NCBI RefSeq assembly: GCF_006345805.1 | Contig: NC_043006.1 | Location: 77,500,001-77,564,000 of the forward strand | Direction: 5' to 3' | DNA: 64,000 nt | Origin: Octopus sinensis | Taxonomy: Eukaryota | Shown: in pieces, positions 53,905 through 64,000 of the stretch | Layout of the letters: every line of letters begins with the position of its first letter | How positions within the stretch are numbered: the stretch's first letter is position 1 | Notes under the pieces: model-generated | Told to the model about the DNA's origin: nothing | What the model saw: only the letters and a program-made list of their open reading frames with translations | Database searches by the model: none | Translations under genes and position numbers: made by a program

Positions 53905-54326
53905 CATAGTTGTTGTTGTTGTTTTGTTGTTATTTTCATTTTCATTTTGAATTCAAAATTGTAATTACAGAATTCTTGAATAATACGATTAAAAAGCTAT
54001 TTTATTGTAAGAAATACCGAGATAAATGCTTCGATATATTTACATTAAAGTAAAAAAAGTCAACAACAACAGTTAAAACGCATTCGTTTATTAGAATTAA
54101 TTCAGTAATCATATGTAATTATGCATAAACACTACAGTACAAGAATGGTATAATAAATACTATTTTTTAAAGATATTTTTTAATATATAGATCAAATTTT
54201 ATCAACAGTAGATTTCCAACAAAACAAGTTATAGCTACATGAAATACTGTTTTGGTAGGAAGGGTGTTAAGAGAACCGTATAAGTGACTATAGATATTTT
54301 CAAATATTACTTCATTATATTATGCA

Positions 54327-55185
54327 CTAGCAAGTACCCGGCGTTGCACGGGTCTTAATAAATTACCATACAACTGCAGAAAGATGTAGCCTTACACTTG
54401 AGAAAATGTTTTGACCCCTACCTCGGCAACCGCGCTCGCGCAATGCTCTTCTGATTTCAACACCTTATTCCTCAGCGCAGCGCCGATTAGAAGCATACAC
54501 TTGTGGAATGTTTTTAAGACCCACTGTGAGGCCAACGGTTTAGAAACACCTTTCGGAAGGGCTCGCTGTCTGACATAACTCTGAAGGCAATTATCACAGT
54601 CTTGTAACGTCTGGGAAGATAGAGCAGCAGGAGTGTTTCCAGCATATGTTGTCCGACGTCTATGGCGTTGTTCTTCATTCTCCTCGGTACGTGCGGCTGC
54701 TGAGATGCACGCAGCATTAGCGGCTCGGTGACGTTTCCGCTGGGGACTTGTTTGAGAAGATCTTGCAGTGGCTGTAGACGCAGTGTTAGCAGATCGGTGG
54801 TTTCTTCGCTGGTCCTCTTTCTCTGAAGTTCGAGCAACTGCCATTGAAGGAGCATTCGTAATTCGGCGAATCCTACGTTGGTGTTCGGTCTCTGCAGGGC
54901 GAGCAATCGCAGATAAGATGGCAATAGTGGTCAGGTAGGCGTTTCACGAACTCTTCTGGTGGCCGCATATCAGCAGCTTGTGACCGGCGGATTGTAGTCT
55001 CCAATGACGGTTCTGAGGCTCGATTTTGTCTTGATTTTCTGCTTAAGGACTGTATATTTAATAAAATATACATATCTGAATAGCTCAAAAGCAGATTACA
55101 TACTCAGTTGGGTCCAATTAACCTTACCCGGTTTTCATTATACCAGTAACTCTATCTTGTTATATTATATTATATTATATTATAT
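54327..55185 (-). mobile_element. Non-autonomous Helitron retaining STPR-like 23-aa repeats
   Basis: Minus-strand 3' end CCCGTGCAACGCCGGG hairpin plus CTAG|T (54326-54352). Four 23-aa repeats (AR..E.E.QR) lie at about 54640-54905. The 5' boundary is approximate. Confidence 0.75.
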
Positions 55186-55290
55186 TTTACTTACAACAAG
55201 GGCATAATAACTCAGGTTTAATGCGAACCGCAATACTGATATATATATATATATATGATATATATATATATATATTATATATATATATAG

Positions 55291-55323
<33 letters not shown>

Positions 55324-55382
55324 TATATATATATATACGTTTAAATATTTGTTGTGCAAGATTTTTTAATATGACCATTCCG

Positions 55383-55447
<65 letters not shown>

Positions 55448-55528
55448 TATTATATATATATATATATGTATATCAGTATTGCAGCTCCCTTTAAACCTGA
55501 GTGATTATGCCCTTGTTGTAAATAAAAT
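55184..55528. mobile_element. MITE-like element with about 59-bp inverted repeats around (TA)n
   Basis: ATTTTACTTACAACAAGGGCATAATAACTCAGGTTTAATGCGAACCGCAATACTGATAT versus the reverse complement of 55470-55528 (about 6 mismatches). Confidence 0.7.
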
Positions 55529-56849
55529 TTATCCGGTAGCTGAATGCTATATATTGTAGCTGTTGCCTTCAATATTATTTTAGAGACGACTGAGTGTCAA
55601 GTGCTGTGCCGCAGTGAAAAGTCAAAAACGCTTTCTTCTGAAACTATTATCAACGATATCACGGGACGAAAATAAAAGGTTGAACATCCGTTCTACTTTG
55701 TGAGGTAGTTTAAAGCGTTGTAATACATAATTGATTTGAATTACAATGATCCTCCTGATACATGCATTGTTTTCGCTGACTTAAATATTTTCTTTAATTT
55801 AGTTGCCGTTCTGTTTGAAGCCAGCCATTAGTCGTTCTTCCTTCAGCATATAAGAACATAAAATCTACACAAAGAAAGAATTGTTCATCTCGAATAATCA
55901 GGCGATGGACATTGGCATTGTTTCCCGAACGCGAAATGTAATTATAAGAAATTAGAGCTCCCGACATTACATGTTCTACATCGAAAATTTCGATGCATTT
56001 GTATGTATGAGCCTTAGAAAACGGAAACCTAATTGATTTAAAAGTTTTGATTAATGTTATTATCTTAAGTAAGGTATACTGCTTTAGAAATTAATCCCCT
56101 ACTAAACTCATTGTTAGGGAAGAAAATTACTATTATTAGTAAATTTTATTACCTTTAGTGACGATGCATTCATGGAATGAGGTTACTGAAATCATAAAGC
56201 ACACGAACATATATACATAGTAGAGCGTCTAGTTTTGCTCTTTTATCTTTAGAGCTGAAATTTTATGACACTTGCATTTAACCATTGATCAAATATATAC
56301 TAATCGTACTGTAATAGCATCACTGATAAGCATTTCTACCATTTTCGCAACATATATTTGGTATCTCGATTAATTCTCCACACTCTCTTCATGAATATTC
56401 TCTAATGATGCACATATATATAATACATATACATTATGAGAAAATAATCATATATTTATATATGTTTGTGTGTGCATGTGTGTGTTATTGTATGCATACA
56501 TATATACATTTATGTAACTATAGACATATGTAATAATAATTGACAAAATTATTACTTATTGCTCACAGAAAGTATTAGTCAGAAATAGATTTGCTAAGAG
56601 ATTAGAATATCTACGTTAGAATTGTTTTTCCAAAACTGGAAATAAATTAGCGTAGCATCTTTCAACCAGAGTGTTTTTTTTCGGTAACTTAAACAACCAT
56701 GAAAGTTAAAATCGAAACGTCCTGATAATTTTACATATATTTTAAGCTGTTGGTTATCATAAACTTTGCACATACTTTTACACTACTTTAAATGTAACAT
56801 ATAAGGAAATAATTCTAATTACTGCAAACAAATATATCCCTAACATAGA

Positions 56850-56947
56850 CGATAGAACTTCAAATTTAAGAACTTGTATATTCACACACACACACTCACG
56901 AACGCACAAACATACATGACATACACAGGCAAGCAAACACACATATA

Positions 56948-56985
<38 letters not shown>

Positions 56986-57089
56986 TAAGTGTGTGTTTGC
57001 TTGCCTGTGTATGTCGTGTATGTTTGTGCGTTCGTGAGTGTGTGTGTGTGTGTGTGAATATACAAGTTCTTAAATTTGAAGTTCTATCG
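56850..57089. repeat. Palindrome with about 100-bp arms centred on a (TA)n tract
   Basis: CGATAGAACTTCAAATTTAAGAACTTGTATATTCAC...CATC-(TA)n-GATG...GTGAATATACAAGTTCTTAAATTTGAAGTTCTATCG. Confidence 0.9.
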
Positions 57090-57507
57090 GTTAAATGGGA
57101 CATACCTGTCTTCACGGCCGAAACAGCTGTCAGCTATAATATAAATGTATTTTCTATTTCTATTTCTATGTCTTGTTATATTTGTAATATATTATGTATA
57201 ATATAACTGCTGTTGTGTAATGGTTTAATAAAGTATTGATTGGGTATTATCTGATGGTTGATGATTGATTTAGGTATATTTCTCAATTTTCTCATTTTGT
57301 ATATTATATATATTATATTTCCTGGAAATTAATAGCGTTCCTGGAAATTTCTATTAATTTCCAGAACGCTGCCGTGTTCTCTTTTAGAGAGACTTAGTAA
57401 TTTTAATATTTCTATTATTGAAAACAAGTGGATGTATTCCACCGAAACTAGGTAAATAAAACCTTCGAACAGAGATAGTCGGAAGCGACACCTACTGGTC
57501 TGACTAC

Positions 57508-57549
57508 GCTACATTGACAAGGGGCAATACCCCGAAACGCGTCTGTAGC
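57508..57549 (+). ncRNA. Minimal hammerhead with a U3-A8 core variant, otherwise perfect
   Basis: gctaca-TTGACAA-gggg/caata/cccc-GAAAC-gc-GTC-tgtagc. It is enclosed by an extended stem closing at AACCTTCGAACA (57460-57471) and TGTTCGAAGGTT (57585-57596). Confidence 0.85.
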
Positions 57550-57714
57550 TGTCGATCAAGTAGTGTGGAGCGACTGACCTCCCTTGTTCGAAGGTTATAT
57601 GGATACAGTTTGTGTATCGAATAGCTAACTTAAGGCGATGGCCTCATGGAGCTAATAAGCGGACAGCTTTATTCTTATTTTTATAAGAATGCCATATTAG
57701 TATGGCGATAACTA

Positions 57715-57828
<114 letters not shown>

Positions 57829-58364
57829 AGCTCCAAACTTACAGGGAAACATTCAATTTAGTATTAAATAAAATTTCACAATATAAATATATAAAATATA
57901 AATTAAAGATAAAACCCCTATTATGCAACCCAAACGGCTATCATTGTCTCCTGATAAACCCATACCCTTGCTGGCTTTCTGCATAGGGGACTATATATGT
58001 ATAGTATACATGTTTAATTAGTACATATACGTGTGCCTGTGTGGCTGGCTGTCTTTGTTTGTTTGTATGTGAGTATATTTAGACGTAAGTGTTACAACCC
58101 AGCCGTCGTTTCGCACGGAATCTAGTCTTTTCTGAACCAAACTCCCTGAAGTGACTATATGTATAATGGAACTGTCATTATGTATAACAGAAAAAAATAT
58201 ATATGTCGAAAGGATTTGTTGGCTTTTATGGTTTTTATAACTATTTATATAATATCATGCTCTATATTATATTCATACAATTTAATGTAATATTGCAATA
58301 TAACTTGTCAATAGAATATCTCTATATTTGATTCATCTTTACACACACACACATACATACATTC

Positions 58365-58437
<73 letters not shown>

Positions 58438-58547
58438 GGGCTGCACACTTAGCCAGCGGGGTGGCGTCATTCGAAAGCTAAAACAATGCGAACGCATTAT
58501 GACCAGCGATGTGTAACTACATCTGATGGACTGGTCGGTCATGCGAT

Positions 58548-58619
<72 letters not shown>

Positions 58620-58634
58620 ATCGTTTCTAATATC

Positions 58635-58830
58635 GGCAGACGGGTTGAAATTTGTGGTAGAATATATAGTCGATAACATTGATCCCAGGACTCTACTGGT
58701 ACTTATGTTACCGACTGCGAAATGATAGAAGCCAAATTCACCCTCGGCGAAATTTGAACTCAGAACGTAAAGACGGACGAAACACTGATAAAAATTTTGT
58801 TCTACGTACTAACGATTCTGCTTGCTCAAC
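58635..58830 (-). mobile_element. SINE family B copy, eroded
   Basis: CCTCGGCGAAATTTGAACTCAGAACGTAAAGACGGACGAAA...GCTAACG-like motif, the reverse complement of family B. Confidence 0.7.
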
Positions 58831-59052
58831 GCCTTATATACAGGAGATAAGATACATTATGGCAAGCATTGAGCAAAATATGTTTTCAGAAAATTAGTAG
58901 GCTTATAATGACCATTGTTTTTGGCGAATCTTACTTTTCACTGGTTATATTTCATTCACAAAATATATGGTCGCATTCATCAAGATTTTACATCAACATA
59001 AATGGCAGAAGTCGTATTTCTCTAAATGGCAAGCCCTCGCATTTTAATAATA

Positions 59053-59335
59053 TATTTGGTAGACGGAAACTGAAAGAAGCCTATCGTATATATGTATTTA
59101 TATATATATTTATCTGTGTGTGTATTTGTGTGTCTGTGCTTGTCCCCCTAGCATTGCTTGACAACAGATGCCGCTGTGTTTACGTCCCCGTCACTTAGCG
59201 GTTCGGCAAAACAGACCGATAGAATAAGTACTGGGCTTACAAAGAATAAGTGCCGGGGTCGATTTGCTCGACTAAAGGCGGGGCTCCAGCATGGCCGCAG
59301 TCAAATGACTGAAACAAGTAGAAGAGTAAAAGAGT
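59053..59335 (+). mobile_element. SINE family A, 5'-truncated
   Basis: TTTGGTAGACGGAAACTGAAAGAAGCC...CTCCAGCATGGCCGCAGTCAAATGACTGAAACAAGT. Confidence 0.8.
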
Positions 59336-59390
59336 ATGCATACATACGTTCTCATATATAACTACAAACACATATACACAGATGTATATA

Positions 59391-59490
<100 letters not shown>

Positions 59491-59529
59491 AATATATATA
59501 TACATATTCATACATACGTACATACATTT

Positions 59530-60683
59530 ATGTGTGATGACCCGTGATTGAGTATAGATTTATTTGGATATCTTTTGGTTAAATCAATTGGGTATATTTT
59601 ATTCAAATGGTCAAGTATATGTGTGCACGCACGCACACACACACACACACACACACGAATGCACTTCTACATATGTACGTTTATTGCAATATGGACGGCA
59701 AGAAAAAAGAAAGAGTTTGACTCAAGCATTATATTTGAAATAATATATGGAATTATGCCCTGGGCGAAAGCTAAGTGCAAGTTTGCTCCATTACTCTATA
59801 TTTATAAATCTATTCACTATTCACGTATTCAAAGACATTTTTGGAAGTTCAGACTGATAAATTAATCTTTCTCGACATAAACCAACAAAACTATAAGATT
59901 CCGGAAAACATTAGTTTGAAAGAACATCAGAACATTAGTCCTATATTAATCATCTACAGCTGTATAATCATGATCGGTGATTATTTGGTTGTAGAAGTCA
60001 AATCAAAGTGGCTTTCGATGTAAATGTTCTTATTTTAACAAGGGAAATACAGCGATATGCTAACTACAATAAAATGCGATCAATAATTAATATCAATTCA
60101 AGAGAGAAGACACAAAATTCTCCCAAGATTCGAAAAGATTTTCTGAAATATACGTATTCATTTTATTCAATTATCTACCTACCTAACTCAAGAAATATTC
60201 ATTAGAATAAGACGCTGCAAAGAATACTATACTTCCTACTTTTGTTTATTGCACAATGCAAACAGAAATTATTCTATGAATATATTATCTCGGTGATATT
60301 ATCTGATTGGTAATTTACCGTATTTGGAAACTCTATTGATCGAAATATATCCAGAGATATTTATGCTTTTAAGTAACGTTTCTTCCAAGATTTACTCTCC
60401 TTCTTAAAATTGAAAATGTTGAATTATATATTTATCTTTTATTTACGGATGACTAGAATCTGTTTGTAAGAAATGAACTGGAAAAATTAGACACAATACA
60501 AATCTTTATAGCTGTATATGCATATGCATTTCTGTGTATTTATTTATGTATGTATCTATGCAGGTTTGTATGTATGTATGTATGTATGTATGTATGTATG
60601 TATGTATGTATGTATGCATGTGTCTATGTATATATGTATTGTATATATATATATGTATATATATATATGTATATATATATATG

Positions 60684-60715
<32 letters not shown>

Positions 60716-60848
60716 TGAAAGTATATATTAATCTACGTACGTACTATTGTTTGTATATATATATATATTATATATATATATATATATTATATATATATAT
60801 ATACATTCACATATATAACTATAAACACATACCCAGACACACAGACGC

Positions 60849-60879
<31 letters not shown>

Positions 60880-61022
60880 TATACGTATTCATACATACAT
60901 ACATACATATATACATACATTTATGTATGATGGCCCGTGATTGAGTATAGATTTATTTGGATATCTTTTGGCTAAATCAATTGGGAATACTTTATTCAAA
61001 TGGTCAAGTACATGTGTTCGCG

Positions 61023-61071
<49 letters not shown>

Positions 61072-61101
61072 ATACACATCCACATATGTACGCTTATTGC
61101 A
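59530..61101 (+). repeat. Dispersed direct repeat of about 165 bp (59530-59690 and 60922-61101)
   Basis: GATG(A/G)CCCGTGATTGAGTATAGATTTATTTGGATATCTTTTGG...(CA)n...CATATGTACG(T/C)TTATTGCAAT occurs twice, each time after a TA/TATG tract. Confidence 0.85.
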
Positions 61102-61870
61102 ATTTACATGAAGTTGTAACACGAATAGCGTAAACGTTTCTGTATAAATACCTTAATGTACATTAATGTTAGAGATAACATTTATAAACGGGACAGTTTT
61201 TCTATGAGGAATATTCTTTTGCAAGCATTTTTGGTGGATTTATACATTACATTTAAATTTTTGATGTGTTGTATGCCTAAATTTATACCTTGTTTATTCG
61301 AAAACACTTGGCAAATGATTCATCGTATACACTTCAAATTGACGAACATAACTGAAGCGACTTGTAAGGCTCAGAATAAATTTTTGTTCTCTATGAGTAT
61401 TGTTATTATTTTAAGTGAATTCTCTCAATCGACAGACACTTAAGACGCCCAGCGTGTGAATTCTTAAATAATATTATTGAACAAACTATGTATCTCGGTC
61501 GTAAAAAGATAATACAAGAATACCGATATACTATTAAAATAGATGTAAAAATAATCAAAGAAATGTAGACAGTCACACACAGCAATTGATTAGAAAATTT
61601 CCGTCGTACACGATCATAATTTAGCTCAATGTTTACATCAAGTTAAGATAGGATGCATGCATATGTGTTTTGTATCTTGCATCAGAAAATAAATAATTCT
61701 GTTTTATTTTGCTAGATCATATAAAAATGAGAAATACAGATCATAAAAATTTTATAATTGTCATAAAAATTTCATGAGGACTTAGCTAAAGGTTCCCCTC
61801 TGAGAGTAATTACGATGTGGGAATAAGTGAGCATTAGTAATGTTAGTTAGACATAAAGCACAAACACTCG

Positions 61871-61976
<106 letters not shown>

Positions 61977-62061
61977 TATATACGGAGATAGATAAGTATA
62001 TAAATACGTCTATGTGTTATGCCAATATATATTTGATCACATGAATATAGTGTGTGTGTAC

Positions 62062-62092
<31 letters not shown>

Positions 62093-62260
62093 CTTCTTCC
62101 TTACCAAGAATTCACAACAACCTCGAGCCCACAAGAGTTAACGAGAGAGACAGAGACAGGCAGAAACAAGGAAAATGCCACTTATATTTGAACACTATAC
62201 AAATATTCTTTTTAAAAAACGGTTCTTTCAATTTTTCTAAATTTAATTATTTAATTGTTA

Positions 62261-62296
62261 CAGTTGAAAAGGTCTCAATGACTGAAACCGGTACTG
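62261..62296 (+). ncRNA. Minimal hammerhead with a U3-A8 core variant
   Basis: cag-TTGAAAA-ggtc/tcaat/gact-GAAAC-cg-GTA-ctg. Stem III is ACCGGT. The tail ends in (TA)n at about 62352. Confidence 0.7.
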
Positions 62297-62362
62297 AAAT
62301 GTTCTTTATAAAATTATTTTAGCATTTTCTATCCCGACTTGTTTTTTCTATATAGATATATA

Positions 62363-62439
<77 letters not shown>

Positions 62440-62442
62440 ATA

Positions 62443-62880
62443 TGTAAACCTGAATTATGCCCTTTAGATGGTTCCTGACTAGTTACTAACGTTATATAAA
62501 AATGTGTAGTCAAGGACGAGGATAAGTTAAATAAATTTTATATAGGTAGCACAGTAGATTTTAAGGCTAGATATAGATCACATATGAGCTCATTTTCTAA
62601 CTATAAATACTGTAATTCAACAACACTTGCATCCCATATACACAACTTGAAGAAAAATAATAAGAATTATTATCTAGAATGGTCTATTATCTCTAAAACC
62701 CAAAATTCCAAGGGAAATATTAACAAGTGCAACCTGTGCATAAGGGAATCCCTTACCATCCTTAGGTGTTATGGACCGCACACTCTGAATAAATTTACTG
62801 ACGTAATTCCCTTTTGCATCCATAAATTTTCTTCTACATTCTTAAAAGTGTATAGAAATAAAATAAGTCGTAGAAAATAA
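62443..62880 (+). pseudogene. PLE GIY-YIG endonuclease, 5'-truncated at a (TA)n tract, two in-frame stops
   Basis: CKPELCPLDGS*LVTNVI*KCVV..FYIGST..FKARYRSHMSSF..TLASHIHNLK..LEWSII..CNLCIRE..LN..CIH. Stops at 62476 (TGA) and 62497 (TAA). Confidence 0.85.
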
Positions 62881-63110
62881 ATAATTTAGTTCTTACAGGG
62901 TTTGAAACCACGGAAGTTCAAATTAATTTAATTTAATTTAATTTAATACACCCATATTTTTTTTTTCTACTGCTTTATAAAAAGATTTTCTACTGCTTTA
63001 ATTCTTTCTTTTGGGCTCGTCTGAGCATGACTGCTTCAATAAGAAAGCACACGATATGATATTAATATTGTGTTAAGCCTGGTACGCGATGATGTCTGTC
63101 TATCTATTCT

Positions 63111-63192
63111 TTCCCCTGACGAAGGAGTTATTAGCGTGATGCACCCTAGTGCTTTAAACACAATAATATACCCCTGAAATGGCCATAGGGAA
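63111..63192 (+). ncRNA. Type I hammerhead with a long branched stem II, downstream of the endonuclease
   Basis: ttccc-CTGACGA-agg...cct-GAAAT-ggcc-ATA-gggaa. Stem I is 5 bp and stem III is the palindrome ATGGCCAT. The tail ends in (TA)n at about 63311. Confidence 0.8.
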
Positions 63193-63307
63193 TTTAGTAA
63201 ATATGGTTTTCTTTTTTTAACTGTAAGGCCTCTCTTATTTAAAAAGTAATTTTATAAGATTTTCTAAACGATGAACTTTTATTTTATATTATTATTTTTA
63301 TATGCTT

Positions 63308-63345
<38 letters not shown>

Positions 63346-63842
63346 ATATATATTTTTATATACATATATATTTTATATATTACTTTATACTATATTTTTA
63401 CGCATTTACGTTCTAGATGTTGTAATGCTTTTTAAAAATATATATGATTCTTAATCGCTAAAGTATTAACTTTTAACCGTGATGAACGGTATTCACACAT
63501 TTTTTCTCGCACTTTATTATATGCTTGTACAGATGAATTATATTCCATCTTCCGTGATGTCTAAATGTATATTCTATGATTAAATGTTCGAGTTATGAAA
63601 TGTTATGTGGATGACCTTGCATTTGTTTGTTCTATAACCTTAGTTTGATATATATGTATGTATGTATGTATATATAAAACAATTATGTTCACTATGATAC
63701 ACTGTTTATGTCTGTTTATGTATTTCTCAGCATATTGAAATATTGTGCCCTTTAATTAAATGATATCTATACCACACCAGATGGGGTATTTTTCTGTTTA
63801 TCTCTCTGTTACAGAACAGTAAATATATATATATTATATATA

Positions 63843-63902
<60 letters not shown>

Positions 63903-64000
63903 TTATATATTTTTATATACCTATATTATTACTACCTTATATATTACTTTATAGGGTACCGCACGCGTGGAATTATATACGACAGAAGGTTTGAAAATGC

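Noticed and set aside
57418-57458. TTGAAAA...gtgg/ccac-c-GAAAC-tag-GTA as a fifth U3-A8 hammerhead
   Set aside because: Extra bases after the core and an out-of-register stem I. It is kept only as a possible remnant.
62476-62478. In-frame TGA exactly at a conserved Cys of the PLE linker, suggesting selenocysteine recoding as reported for some PLE clades
   Set aside because: A TAA replaces a conserved Tyr 7 codons later, and the TGAs at the 5495-5910 locus fall at Trp or non-Cys positions. Ordinary nonsense decay explains them, and no SECIS was recognised.

Overview
This is a very AT-rich, microsatellite-saturated eukaryotic non-coding region. Its SINE families and (TA)n/(TATG)n/(GATA)n load suggest an octopus or other coleoid cephalopod (inference, not tested). 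No intact host gene is recognisable, and most short ORFs in the track are translated microsatellites. The window is a mosaic of transposon relics: three tRNA-derived SINE families, RTE and RLE-type LINE fragments, Tc1/mariner, piggyBac and Helitrons. There is also a possible heavily decayed LRR/TIR (Toll-like) pseudogene. The dominant signal is a Penelope-like element (PLE) and hammerhead ribozyme (HHR) system. It comprises four GIY-YIG endonuclease loci and about 15 hand-folded type I minimal hammerheads, almost all with their 3' tail running into a (TA)n tract. Highlights are: (i) one family seen in three sizes, with a constant 5' hairpin module joined to a 3' part of about 1.6 kb, 85 bp or 10 bp; (ii) four hammerheads with unrelated stems that carry a compensated U3-A8 core instead of C3-G8; (iii) head-to-head ribozyme palindromes of 0.32 kb (non-coding) and 3.7 kb (RT remnant plus endonuclease). 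All folds and translations were done by eye, and degenerate-element boundaries are approximate.
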